Source of the DNA: an uncultured virus (IMG/VR IMGVR_UViG_3300042346_000356)
Taxonomy: Duplodnaviria > Heunggongvirae > Uroviricota > Caudoviricetes
Strand: one strand, 5' to 3'
Virus record (IMG/VR): IMGVR_UViG_3300042346_000356
DNA: 64,000 bases
A program made the translations under genes and the position numbers. This document shows, in pieces, positions 19,949 through 30,370 of the stretch (position 1 is the first letter of the stretch; each line of letters starts with the position of its first letter). Under the pieces are notes generated by a model. It was given only the letters and a program-made list of their open reading frames with translations, had not been told where the DNA came from and did no database searches.

Positions 19949-22900
19949 TGTTTAATAGCGAGGAACTAAAGAATCACCTAGAGACTTCTTCTGCTGTAAG
20001 AACTCAGTCTGCAATTATTGCTGAGTGGAACATGAACATACCAAATAACATTCAAAAGATTGGTAATTATAGATATAGACCAGCAACTTCAGACTCACCA
20101 TTTAAAACATTGATAAATTCATATGATAAAAATGATGCAGCAAATGCATATACAAAAGCAACAGACGCAGACGTTGTTATTGATGGTGGCTTTGAGAATG
20201 AAGACATGATACCTATAGTATTAAAAGAAACAAAAGATAAGATTAAAATGCTTTATTCTTTAGAAGACTGCTTTGGCCCTTTAAGACCAAGATCTGGAAT
20301 CAACAAGGCTTCATTTTTTTCTGGTTCATACCTACATCATGCAAATTTAAATATGGCTAAGCGTCCAAGGTATTATATGCCAGATAAGGATGATGGATTT
20401 AAATACTGGACTTCATATAGAACTGAAAATGGTAAAGAGTGTGGCATCTCATCTGCACAGTCAAACGGCTCATACTTTATAGAAGATGCTGCACCATTTA
20501 TTGTTTATAAAGATCTTGTTCCAACAAATAGAATTGTTGTAAAAATGCAAACTCATATTGGGACAATCGATCTTGGACCATTTTCTAATTCATCTTCTAC
20601 ATTTTCAGATCCACTATACGGACAAGCAAATGCAAAAATTCCTACAAAGTGGAAAATTCAAAAGATGATAAACAATAATTGGTCAGATATTATATCCTTT
20701 GATTCTAATTCACGAAGAAAGGGTGGGGAGCCTATTATTGGGCCAGACGGATATGTTGAGATTTCTTATGGTCTTAAAATTCCTAATAAGTATTCTGAAA
20801 TTTTTATTTATGCAGAAGAGTATGACTCTGAATTATTTTTACCAGATGAGGCTGTCACTGGATACGCATATTTAATTAAAGCAGATAAAGAAGATGTTGG
20901 GACATATTACATTTGGTATAACGGTCAGTGGGAAACTTTTTCTCCTTCATATGGATGGCAGTTACAGGAAGAAACTGTAGATAGGTTAACTAATTTTGTT
21001 ACAGATCTTACTGACCCAGTAATGTTTCAGGATAATGCAGATTCAAAAATTAAGTATAGGGAGTTCGAGTATATTCAGGGTCTAAGAGTTGTGGCAGAAA
21101 AAATGAATGTTGCAAACGCCTCATTTGATCTTATAGAATTATCTCCAAGACTTTCGGTTAACCTATCTAATCAAACAAAGTCTTTCTCTATTACAAAGAG
21201 TGCATCTGATCTTGGGATTAGCGGAATGCCAGTTGGACAACTTTTAGCATCTACAGGATCCCTCACTATTTTTGACATTGATGATGCCTTTAACCTAAAC
21301 AATACAAAGAGCATTGTCCACAACTACCTAACAAGAAATATTCAGTTTAAATTTTATGAAGTTATTGTTGATGTAGCAGGGTATGATTATTACATACCAA
21401 TTAAAACCTTATACTCAGAAGGATTTCCAAAGATAGATCATAATAGCAAAAAGGTGTCTTTAGAACTTAGAGATATGTTCTTTAGGTTTGAATCTATGAC
21501 TGCTCCGCAGATGTTGACAACAAATACATCAGTTAGTTCTGCCGTATCTCTTCTTCTAGACTCAGTTGGGTTTTCAAACTACGCATTTAAAAGATTGCCG
21601 AACGAGCCAGAACTAATCATTCCATATTTCTTTATCCCACCAAATAAGACTGTGGCTGAGGTATTGCAGGATCTTGCAATATCTACACAAACAGCAATGT
21701 TTTTTGATGAGTATAATAATTTTGTTATGATGAGCAGAAACTATATCATGCCATCATTAAATGATAGAGCAACAGATATTGGAGTGTATGGCGTAGATGA
21801 TCAGGCAGATACTGGGGTATTGGAAAATGAAACCACTAGATCTGTTCTATCAAATATTATCGGCGTGGCATCTCATGACAACTCCGTATATAATGGCGGA
21901 ACAATCACATACGATGTAAGGTATATACAGAGATCGGTTGGATCCATAAAGCAAGCAAGTATGATAGATAACGATAAGGTTTGGGTATATAAGCCTGTGC
22001 TTCTTTGGGAAGTTAGTGGTAGCGAAAATACAAAATCAATTAACCAAGAGGTAGGCGCTCAGTCTAGTTATGTATTAAGTGCAATCCCAATGAACTCATC
22101 ATTGTCTGACGCTGTTCCAACAGTATCGAACCATGTTGTTATAAATAACGTTATTGATTTAGGAGAGGGGGTCTACTGGATCCCAAGATATAATGGATAT
22201 TTTTATGCAAATGGGGAGATTATAAAATTTGATGCAGTAGAGTATAATGTTGCTGGTGTTGGTAACGTATGGATTAACGGTGTAGAAGAATATCAAAACT
22301 ACTTCTCAAAACTTCCTTTTAATGGAAAGATCTACCCAACTGGATTAGTCAGAATATATTCAGAACCCAACTACGAAACAATTAATGGAACTACACGACT
22401 TACTAACGGATCTGTAGCAAAACATGGTCGTGGTCAGTTTAACACAAAGATAGTATCTCACGATGCTGGAATAAACGAATACTGGACCAACGATAATAAT
22501 GTTAGAGGTTGTGTCATGGACTCAGACTTACTATTCAATTCTGTAAAAGTTACTGCTGATGGAAAGGATTACCAGACAGCAAAAACATCGGGACTTACAA
22601 CTTTAAAGGAGTTCACATTTGATTTAGAAGATGGCCCTGCTGGAATAAGTTTAGACACTGCAAAAAAGTCTTCACGTAATGGTATTATTAAAAACTTCTT
22701 ATCTTCTTCTTATAAAAATGAAAATGATGTAAAGTCTTTGCTATCAACACAAAGTGGAACAATTCAGTCTTCCGCACTTGTATTTAACGGTCCAACCTTT
22801 AATACTGCTGAAACATCTGCAAACTATGTTTCATATGTTTACAAAAAACTAACAGATAGTTATAAGAGTTTTGGAACAAGGATGAGAATTGTTGGTAAAA

Positions 22901-24297
22901 TTGAATCAAACAAGGATAAAACTCAAAGCATGGTTGGAGGAAGTCAATACTATACCGTTACGGGGCTAACCCCAGATACCGATATTTATGTTACTGGAGG
23001 CTCTGGCGGAATTGCTGTATTGCTAAATCCAGAAACAAACAACGGATATTACTTTGAAATCGGAGCACTTAGCACATACAAGGTTGACTCAACTAATACA
23101 AATGTAAACAATATATTCTTTTATAAAATTGCAAAAGAAGTTGGATCTTCAAATTCAGATAAGGCCATCCCAATTAAGTTGTGGGAAGGCTTAACAAATA
23201 TAGTTGTTGATGATGGAAGATTTACTGGTCAATATAGAATGGTTGCGGAACAAACTCCAACAGTCTATGACTTAAATGTTGAGTATGAAAAAACTTCTAG
23301 CGGATTAAGGTTTTATCTATTTATAAACGGAAACCAAGTTGCAGTAGTTGACGACACAAGCCCACTGCCAGTATACTCAAATATGGCACTTTTTGTCAGG
23401 GGATCTGCAAAGTGTATGTTTGAGCACATATATGCTATTACAAATAACTATACACAAAATACTGCCTATTCTATAGATACACCAGTAAATAAGATTTATG
23501 CAGATAAGGAGATAGATACCAATGCTGCATTCTCTAAGTATGCTATGTCTGGAGTTGTTCAAGGGACATACTTATCAGGTATAAGTCCATACCAGCCACC
23601 AGAGCACAGAATGTATTTTGATGAATTTGGAACAATCATGAGAGAGGCAGCGCTATTTGATGTTAAGTATGACAAGGCTTGGCCAGCACTTTTTGCAAAG
23701 ATGTCGCCTACTTTTAATAGGCTAAAGGGATACACTGTATCTGGTTTCCGTGCAGGGTCCTATGGTGCAGAGTTTATGGTTTTTAATGCTACAGATACTG
23801 CACTTAGTTTAGACGAAACAACTGGAAACTATCTTAGGATTCAAGGAATTACATTTACTCAAAATTCTCAAAACGATTTAACTGTAGATTCTTATTTTTC
23901 TAAAAATAGCGACTTTTCAAATCCAGAACTTTCTGGAACAACAGTTCTTGTTTCTCCAGAAAAAACCAAACAAGAGTATCAAGACATTAAAATAAGCAGA
24001 ATGACACATGGTAAAAAAGAATTCTCATTAAACGTTCCATATATACAGACGCAGGATGATGCTAATAGTTTAATGGGCTGGATGATTAAAAAAATTATGA
24101 AGCCTAGACAGTCCATTGGCTTACAGATTTTTGCAAACCCAATGATTCAACTTGGAGATATTGTAGAGGTATCATACGTTAAAGACAATATTGATATTTT
24201 AGGATCACTTGATAAAAGGTTTGTAGTATACAATATAGAATATAGCAAAGATGAGTCAGGCCCATCAATGTCGCTATACGTTAGTGAGGTATTGTAA
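19948..24297 (+). CDS. Large tail tip/baseplate hub protein
   Basis: ~1450 aa, beta-rich; C-terminal NPMIQLGDIV motif; TAATG coupling. Confidence 0.7.
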   Translation: MFNSEELKNHLETSSAVRTQSAIIAEWNMNIPNNIQKIGNYRYRPATSDSPFKTLINSYDKNDAANAYTKATDADVVIDGGFENEDMIPIVLKETKDKIKMLYSLEDCFGPLRPRSGINKASFFSGSYLHHANLNMAKRPRYYMPDKDDGFKYWTSYRTENGKECGISSAQSNGSYFIEDAAPFIVYKDLVPTNRIVVKMQTHIGTIDLGPFSNSSSTFSDPLYGQANAKIPTKWKIQKMINNNWSDIISFDSNSRRKGGEPIIGPDGYVEISYGLKIPNKYSEIFIYAEEYDSELFLPDEAVTGYAYLIKADKEDVGTYYIWYNGQWETFSPSYGWQLQEETVDRLTNFVTDLTDPVMFQDNADSKIKYREFEYIQGLRVVAEKMNVANASFDLIELSPRLSVNLSNQTKSFSITKSASDLGISGMPVGQLLASTGSLTIFDIDDAFNLNNTKSIVHNYLTRNIQFKFYEVIVDVAGYDYYIPIKTLYSEGFPKIDHNSKKVSLELRDMFFRFESMTAPQMLTTNTSVSSAVSLLLDSVGFSNYAFKRLPNEPELIIPYFFIPPNKTVAEVLQDLAISTQTAMFFDEYNNFVMMSRNYIMPSLNDRATDIGVYGVDDQADTGVLENETTRSVLSNIIGVASHDNSVYNGGTITYDVRYIQRSVGSIKQASMIDNDKVWVYKPVLLWEVSGSENTKSINQEVGAQSSYVLSAIPMNSSLSDAVPTVSNHVVINNVIDLGEGVYWIPRYNGYFYANGEIIKFDAVEYNVAGVGNVWINGVEEYQNYFSKLPFNGKIYPTGLVRIYSEPNYETINGTTRLTNGSVAKHGRGQFNTKIVSHDAGINEYWTNDNNVRGCVMDSDLLFNSVKVTADGKDYQTAKTSGLTTLKEFTFDLEDGPAGISLDTAKKSSRNGIIKNFLSSSYKNENDVKSLLSTQSGTIQSSALVFNGPTFNTAETSANYVSYVYKKLTDSYKSFGTRMRIVGKIESNKDKTQSMVGGSQYYTVTGLTPDTDIYVTGGSGGIAVLLNPETNNGYYFEIGALSTYKVDSTNTNVNNIFFYKIAKEVGSSNSDKAIPIKLWEGLTNIVVDDGRFTGQYRMVAEQTPTVYDLNVEYEKTSSGLRFYLFINGNQVAVVDDTSPLPVYSNMALFVRGSAKCMFEHIYAITNNYTQNTAYSIDTPVNKIYADKEIDTNAAFSKYAMSGVVQGTYLSGISPYQPPEHRMYFDEFGTIMREAALFDVKYDKAWPALFAKMSPTFNRLKGYTVSGFRAGSYGAEFMVFNATDTALSLDETTGNYLRIQGITFTQNSQNDLTVDSYFSKNSDFSNPELSGTTVLVSPEKTKQEYQDIKISRMTHGKKEFSLNVPYIQTQDDANSLMGWMIKKIMKPRQSIGLQIFANPMIQLGDIVEVSYVKDNIDILGSLDKRFVVYNIEYSKDESGPSMSLYVSEVL

Positions 24298-24788
24298 TGG
24301 TTGAAGCAACACCCAATTTGCCAGTCCCACCTCTTACTACGCCTCCAGAAATGCCAGTAAAAGTTGCAACACCAGACCTCCTAATATTTAGAGACGAAGT
24401 TTTGCCTATTGAAATAATGACAGATTTAATTTTTGAAGATATTGGTGGACAAGAGTTAATCAATATAGCAAGAAGCGATATACTAAATGGAATTGACATT
24501 TTGTATAATCCAATTAAGAATATCTCAAGTTTATATTTGCAGTATAACCCAAACAACATTTTAGCGCTACAAGGAATCTCTGAGGCATACTTTAGTCAGT
24601 TTGCAATTAATTTTGGATCCAGAGTCCCATCAACTGGAACGGGCCCAAACAGTTCTATCGTATATCTAGATGAAGAAGGTAACTTGATTATAGAATTGGT
24701 AAATATGAAAGATTCAGAATCTGTAGAAGTCCAGATTCAGGTAAATGGATCTAAGTTTAGTGATACAATATATGAGGTGAATGAATAA
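24297..24788 (+). CDS. Minor tail protein (putative)
   Basis: Coupled ORF in the tail module. Confidence 0.55.
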   Translation: MVEATPNLPVPPLTTPPEMPVKVATPDLLIFRDEVLPIEIMTDLIFEDIGGQELINIARSDILNGIDILYNPIKNISSLYLQYNPNNILALQGISEAYFSQFAINFGSRVPSTGTGPNSSIVYLDEEGNLIIELVNMKDSESVEVQIQVNGSKFSDTIYEVNE

Positions 24789-26023
24789 TGATAACTAATA
24801 CTGGTAAAAATATTTTAGGTAAATACCTAATTGGGCAGGCTCCATCTTATGCTTCTTATATAGCCATCGGCTGTGGACCCCAACCAAAGGCCTCAGACCA
24901 CGTTTTTAGCCCTTCAGAGAGGGAAGACTACCAGAACAGAACATCCCTAGAGTTTGAGATGGACAGGTGGCAAATTACTTCTCGTGGATATATTACAGAA
25001 AATCAAATAATTACTGTAGACGGTGTCGAGGTAGTTGTTCCAGTATCGAAGATAGTTTTTACCACAGAAATACCTTCAGATCCAAGATATGAAATCACAG
25101 AGGTTGGTGTATTTTCAGCAGGGGCAAACCCAGCAGCAGGCGCATTCGATAGTAAAATGCTTTATTCATTTACAACATCAGAAACATGGGAGTATCACAA
25201 CTCTGAGGGCAAAGAGGATATCCCGCTGATTGAGACTCCACTAGACTATAACTCAGATACTGACAATAAGGACAATGTAATCCTTGGAGAATACAATATT
25301 TTAAGTGAAACTGTTCCTCAGTTCTGTCCAGTGTTTAGGGCATATGCTGATGATAGAGTGTTTAATGATGAAGACAGACTTGCCAGATACGAAAGGCCAA
25401 GATTTTTAAATGATGCAATGATGATTGTTGGAAACTTATCAAATCTAAGTGTTGGTAGCGATGGAAGAATTGTTGTGAATGAAACTACTCCTGGTGGACA
25501 CATTCACAATATAGATCCATCTTTTAATCTAACCAAAAACTCCCCATTAGATGAGATTAAATTAGCCTTTTCAGTTGTTAATAAAAATCCAACAAATGAT
25601 GAGTTTCCAGACCAAGTTATTCTTATGGCTGAATTTTCTAATTCTGATACTCAGGATCAAGGAGAATGGTCTAGAATGGAAATCATTATGAATAATGGAA
25701 CAGATCCAGGAGAATATGATTTTACACAAAACAGATATTTTTCAATTTCTAAAAAGTTAAGCGAGTTGCACTCTAGCATTGGTGCAAACTGGGGAGACGT
25801 TTCTATTGTAAAGATATATGGATGCACAAAAAAGAATGGCCTGCTATCGGATAACTTCTATATATCTTTGGATGCAATGAGATTAGAAAATGTTACAAGT
25901 TTTAATCCACTATATGGACTCAGTGGATATTCAGTTATTAGTAACATTGGGTCTCAGCCAATAACAAAAGAAAAGGGAACCACTTCATATCTAGAATTTA
26001 GATTTGCTGTGGATGTTGTTTGA
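24788..26023 (+). CDS. Minor tail/baseplate protein
   Basis: MITNTGK...YIAIG...ITEVGVF pattern typical of tail fibre attachment domains. Confidence 0.6.
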   Translation: MITNTGKNILGKYLIGQAPSYASYIAIGCGPQPKASDHVFSPSEREDYQNRTSLEFEMDRWQITSRGYITENQIITVDGVEVVVPVSKIVFTTEIPSDPRYEITEVGVFSAGANPAAGAFDSKMLYSFTTSETWEYHNSEGKEDIPLIETPLDYNSDTDNKDNVILGEYNILSETVPQFCPVFRAYADDRVFNDEDRLARYERPRFLNDAMMIVGNLSNLSVGSDGRIVVNETTPGGHIHNIDPSFNLTKNSPLDEIKLAFSVVNKNPTNDEFPDQVILMAEFSNSDTQDQGEWSRMEIIMNNGTDPGEYDFTQNRYFSISKKLSELHSSIGANWGDVSIVKIYGCTKKNGLLSDNFYISLDAMRLENVTSFNPLYGLSGYSVISNIGSQPITKEKGTTSYLEFRFAVDVV

Positions 26024-26454
26024 TGGCTGAGGTTATTAAAAGGGTTAAGATATTAAAAAAGGATCTTCCTTTTAGAAATTCAACAACAAACTCTTATAAC
26101 ATTAGGTATAGGATTGTTGAAGAAGAGGGAAATAAGAGTAGCCACTGGTCTCCAATATACAATATCTACATACCTAAAGAAAATATTGTAGACGCAGTAT
26201 TATCATTTGATCCGTCCACAAAGGTATTTAATTTAGTTTGGCAGCCAGATGAGTCAGATATCTCATTTGATGTTTATATAAGTTATGATAATAAACAAAC
26301 TTGGCAATATATAAATACTGCCTATTCTCCATATTATTCTGGAATAGTAAAACCCACAGCAACAAATTTTGCGGTATGGGTTCAAAAAACTACTTATCCA
26401 AAATTAGAGTCAGAAAGGGCAAGACTATACGTGTCTGGAATACAGACACTGTAA
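26023..26454 (+). CDS. Minor tail protein (putative, FN3-like)
   Basis: IRYRIV...SHWSP motif; position. Confidence 0.45.
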   Translation: MAEVIKRVKILKKDLPFRNSTTNSYNIRYRIVEEEGNKSSHWSPIYNIYIPKENIVDAVLSFDPSTKVFNLVWQPDESDISFDVYISYDNKQTWQYINTAYSPYYSGIVKPTATNFAVWVQKTTYPKLESERARLYVSGIQTL

Positions 26455-26468
26455 TGGTATAATATATT

Positions 26469-26912
26469 ATGGCTAAAATTCCACTACCAGAAAGAGGGCA
26501 ACCGCTAGACGTTGCCTACATTTATCAATTAGCAAATGCTATTAATGATTTGGCCTCTCAGTCATCATCATCCACATATAAGTATGTAACTGTAGATACT
26601 AAAGACTTAGGGCCACAATATGTAAAGGTGTCCGAGTCTAGAATTATTGGTGGATATATAGATATCTACAATAATACAAATATTACTGCTAGCGAAGAAA
26701 AGCCATTCTCGTATGACTTTAAGGTAGACTTCAAGTATGCCCCTATTGTAACGGCAACAGTAGTCAACAATGGAGATTCTGACCAAGGAAACGATGTATC
26801 TGTTGTAATTAAAAGAGTTACAACAAGCAAGGTTGAGGGCATTGTAAGATTTAATAAGACTGGAAAGATGTCTGTTGGATTAAACATAATCGTAGTTGGT
26901 ATACCTAACTAA
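26469..26912 (+). CDS. Putative tail fibre-associated protein
   Basis: FKYAPIVTAT beta domain; leaderless start after TGGTATAAT. Confidence 0.45.
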   Translation: MAKIPLPERGQPLDVAYIYQLANAINDLASQSSSSTYKYVTVDTKDLGPQYVKVSESRIIGGYIDIYNNTNITASEEKPFSYDFKVDFKYAPIVTATVVNNGDSDQGNDVSVVIKRVTTSKVEGIVRFNKTGKMSVGLNIIVVGIPN

Positions 26913-27103
26913 TGTTAAAGTGCATAAAGTGTCGTGGAAGAATGTTTGTTGATAGAACTCATAGTTCTGCTATACATCTAGAAACATACTGTATGTCTTG
27001 TGGATATAGAAAATTTTTTAATCCACCTGTAGATTCTGAAGAGGGAAGATGGCTACTAAAAAAGGAACAATTGAGAGCGAAGGTTACAATCTCGCCCCTA
27101 TAA
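26912..27103 (+). CDS. Small zinc-ribbon protein
   Basis: CxxC...CxxC. Confidence 0.6.
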   Translation: MLKCIKCRGRMFVDRTHSSAIHLETYCMSCGYRKFFNPPVDSEEGRWLLKKEQLRAKVTISPL

Positions 27104-27594
27104 TTCCTGGCAATAAAAAAGTCTGGTTTTTAAATGGGGACCTAGTTCGTTTGCATCATCTCAATAAGTCTAATGGGATCATGTCGGTTTACAATATCAC
27201 AAAAGATCAGATTGAAAGTTGTTTAGTTTCTGATTTTAAAAATAAAAGAGAGCGAGCCTATACTGTAGGTCAGACTGCTGATTTAGTTAATCGTCATAAA
27301 AAGTATATGCCATCACTAATGAAACGAGGAGTCATTCCATTTCCAACGGGATCTCAAAAAGGTGGAGCAAGAGGCTTTCAAGTAAGATCATATTATTCAG
27401 AATCCCAGGTCCATCAGATTCGTGATATACTTGCTACATACCATATTGGTAGACCAAGAAAAGATAATTTAATAACAAATGATATAACTCCTTCACGCCA
27501 AGAGTTGACAAGGCGAATGGGAGACGGTATACTTACATATACGAGAACAGAAGATGGTAGATTTATTCCAGTGTGGAGTGAATCAATCAAATAG
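27049..27594 (+). CDS. Putative MerR-like HTH DNA-binding protein
   Basis: YTVGQTADLV...GVIP...RSYYSE pattern. Confidence 0.5.
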   Translation: MATKKGTIESEGYNLAPIIPGNKKVWFLNGDLVRLHHLNKSNGIMSVYNITKDQIESCLVSDFKNKRERAYTVGQTADLVNRHKKYMPSLMKRGVIPFPTGSQKGGARGFQVRSYYSESQVHQIRDILATYHIGRPRKDNLITNDITPSRQELTRRMGDGILTYTRTEDGRFIPVWSESIK

Positions 27595-27609
27595 TCCCTT
27601 GGAGGGTAA

Positions 27610-27819
27610 ATGGAAAACGATAATACAAAGGTCTCAGTAACTCTGGGATACACGCTCAATCTTGGAAACTTTCAGTCTCTTAGACTTGACCTAGGAGTAG
27701 TAGACTCAAAGCGTGATGGAGAAAATACGGATCAGGCTTTTGAGCGTGTCTACAAGTTTGTTGAAGACAAACTAACTGCTAAAATTGTAGAAGCACAAGC
27801 GGAGGCTGACGAAAAGTAA
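27610..27819 (+). CDS. Hypothetical protein
   Basis: GGAGGG RBS; TLNLGNFQSLRLD. Confidence 0.7.
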   Translation: MENDNTKVSVTLGYTLNLGNFQSLRLDLGVVDSKRDGENTDQAFERVYKFVEDKLTAKIVEAQAEADEK

Positions 27820-28127
27820 TGGCCGAACGCAAAGACCGAATGGCTTTGCTTTCACGCTACAGCAAACACCATACTGCAAAGTATGAGCAAAAGCCATCAC
27901 TTAATTTAAATGTTGAACAATGGGCGTCTGACGCTCTCATTGAATCTTATGGAATAAGCAAGTGCTACGACTTATTGGAGTATTACTTTTCTGTTTCTCA
28001 ATCTCCGTCTTGGAACTATTTTGCATACAATGCTGAAAAGATATTGCAGGCAAGGCTTGATAAAGAGCAAGATGATAAAGACAGATCAGAGAGGCGCAAA
28101 AAGGCTAAGGAATGGTTGAATGGATAA
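27819..28127 (+). CDS. Hypothetical replication-region protein
   Basis: Coupled ORF. Confidence 0.65.
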   Translation: MAERKDRMALLSRYSKHHTAKYEQKPSLNLNVEQWASDALIESYGISKCYDLLEYYFSVSQSPSWNYFAYNAEKILQARLDKEQDDKDRSERRKKAKEWLNG

Positions 28128-28818
28128 TCTTGTAGTTGCATTTCTTACATGTGGAAGAGAAGAATATCTGGATGATACAATCTCGTCCTGGGAATCTTTG
28201 TCTAAGATAGATGAGTATGCTCGAATTATATTTGATGATTCTGGTAATGCAGATTACAGAAGTATGCTATCTAAAAAATATCCACAATATAAAGTTGTTG
28301 CGATATCAGATAGTAATCTTGGATTAAACTATGCCTACAATTTTGCTTTTAAGTATTTAAAGCAGTCAGGGTTTGAGTTCACTCTTTGGATTGAAGATGA
28401 TCAGAAGTTATTAAAGTCCCTTGACTTAGAAGATATGGTAGATGTATTAAAGAATAACAACCTGTTGCAGTTGTCTACAATTAGAAAGCCTTTCTTTTAT
28501 AATGAGTTAGGATATAAAAGTGTTGTAGAATTTTTAGTTAAGACTGGTTGGCCCATTGAACAAAGAGATAAGTTTGTTATTCATTCTGCAATGTGGGCAA
28601 ACCATCCAAATATTTTTATGAATAGCATTTTAGAAGTAGAGTATCCAGCAGACCTTGACACAGCAACATCGGAAATGAGATTTGGTAAAAAACTTTTAAG
28701 TTATTTTCCACGCAGAACCTTTGGGTTTTATGGTAATATAGATGATGAACCGCAATCAGAGCACATAGGAAAAAATAGTATGAATACGATCAATTATTAT
28801 TGGGGGGAAGATGAATAA
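28120..28818 (+). CDS. GT-A fold glycosyltransferase
   Basis: LTCGR, IIFDDSG, WIEDD and EHIG motifs. Confidence 0.7.
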   Translation: MDNLVVAFLTCGREEYLDDTISSWESLSKIDEYARIIFDDSGNADYRSMLSKKYPQYKVVAISDSNLGLNYAYNFAFKYLKQSGFEFTLWIEDDQKLLKSLDLEDMVDVLKNNNLLQLSTIRKPFFYNELGYKSVVEFLVKTGWPIEQRDKFVIHSAMWANHPNIFMNSILEVEYPADLDTATSEMRFGKKLLSYFPRRTFGFYGNIDDEPQSEHIGKNSMNTINYYWGEDE

Positions 28819-30037
28819 TACAGAGTCAAAACTAATTTCAGCGTTACTAGAAGATAAGCAGTTGCATGTTCTTTTACAGGCAAACATAGACTCTCTCCTA
28901 AGAACTCACAGCGACATCTGGAATTTTATTCGTCTTTATGCAGAAAATAATGGAGCAGTCCCACCAACATCACTTGTTGTAGAGAAGTTTAGAGACTTTG
29001 AGCCAGTTAAGGGCATAGGGTCCACAAAACATCATCTTTCAGAGTTACAAACAGAATATTTAAATGATAGCCTAAAGGATATTCTTAGGGGTGCAGCATC
29101 AGAGGTTCAGCAAGGTCAAGGTCCAAAAGCACTAGACGAACTAATTACAAGAACATCAGAGTTAAAGAAGAACACATCAAACATACGTGATATTGATGTC
29201 ACAGATCTTGAATCAGCAGTGGCTTACTTTGAAAACATTAAAGAGCAGCAGGCTCTTGGACATAGAGGAATTAAAACTGGACTGCCAGGATTTGACAACT
29301 ACTTACCTTCAGGAATTATGCCAGGACAACTAGGAGTGTTTCTTGCATATCCAGGTATTGGAAAGTCGTGGCTTGCACTTTACTTTGCGGTTCAAGCATG
29401 GAAGCAGGGCAAGTCGCCAATGGTAATTTCCCTTGAAATGTCTGAGACAGAGGTTCGCAATCGTGTATTTACAATTATGGGTGAAGGCTTGTGGTCACAC
29501 AGAAAGATCTCTAATGGAGAGATTGAGTTAGATATGCTAAAGTCTTGGCATGCTAAAAATCTTGTGGGTAAACCAGAGTTTCATATTATCTCAAATGATA
29601 ACGGTGGCGAGATCAATCCTTCTGTTCTTCGTGGAAAGATAGATCAGTATAAGCCAGACTTCGTAATTGTTGACTACCTTCAGTTGATGAGTCCTAATCA
29701 GAAGTCAGATAATGAAACGGTAAGAATGAAGAACCTCTCACGAGAACTTAAACTTATGGCTATTGGCGACGAGGTTCCAATTATTGCTATCTCATCTGCC
29801 ACACCTGACGATGTCAACGACCTATCTACAGTGCCTACACTTGGACAAACTGCCTGGTCTAGACAGATTGCCTATGATGCTGACTGGGTGCTTGCCCTAG
29901 GTCGTGGAACTAATAGTGATATTATTGAATGTGCTTTTCGTAAAAATCGTAATGGATTTATGGGAGATTTCCTAGTCCAGTGTGACTTTGACAAGGGCTA
30001 CTATCGATACAAGGATTTTGAAGATAAGACGGTATAA
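28811..30037 (+). CDS. dnaB: Replicative DNA helicase
   Basis: AYPGIGKS Walker A, SLEM, IVDYLQLM, KNRNG. Confidence 0.93.
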   Translation: MNNTESKLISALLEDKQLHVLLQANIDSLLRTHSDIWNFIRLYAENNGAVPPTSLVVEKFRDFEPVKGIGSTKHHLSELQTEYLNDSLKDILRGAASEVQQGQGPKALDELITRTSELKKNTSNIRDIDVTDLESAVAYFENIKEQQALGHRGIKTGLPGFDNYLPSGIMPGQLGVFLAYPGIGKSWLALYFAVQAWKQGKSPMVISLEMSETEVRNRVFTIMGEGLWSHRKISNGEIELDMLKSWHAKNLVGKPEFHIISNDNGGEINPSVLRGKIDQYKPDFVIVDYLQLMSPNQKSDNETVRMKNLSRELKLMAIGDEVPIIAISSATPDDVNDLSTVPTLGQTAWSRQIAYDADWVLALGRGTNSDIIECAFRKNRNGFMGDFLVQCDFDKGYYRYKDFEDKTV

Positions 30038-30043
30038 TATAAT

Positions 30044-30370
30044 GTGGAAAAATTTCATCATAGACCAATTAAAAAGTTTAACCTCAACGGGGTCATTCAC
30101 GATGACTCTGCTATTGGTAGGCTTAAAGGAGAATATATAAGACTACTAGTCTCAGAAATGAGACTGTCTGGATATGTTCCAAAATTTGAAATTGATCCAG
30201 ATTTTACTATAGACTTTAACGAGACAAAAAAATATTTTGAATTTGAGATAACATTATACGGAATATATGTAGGGAAAAGGAAAAGCGAATGGATAGCAGG
30301 AATAGACGGAAACAAGGCGATATATATACAAAAGAGCAAATCAAACGAATTCTCGCAGGAACAGGTATAG
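30044..30370 (+). CDS. Hypothetical protein
   Basis: GTG start 5 nt after TATAAT. Confidence 0.6.
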   Translation: MEKFHHRPIKKFNLNGVIHDDSAIGRLKGEYIRLLVSEMRLSGYVPKFEIDPDFTIDFNETKKYFEFEITLYGIYVGKRKSEWIAGIDGNKAIYIQKSKSNEFSQEQV

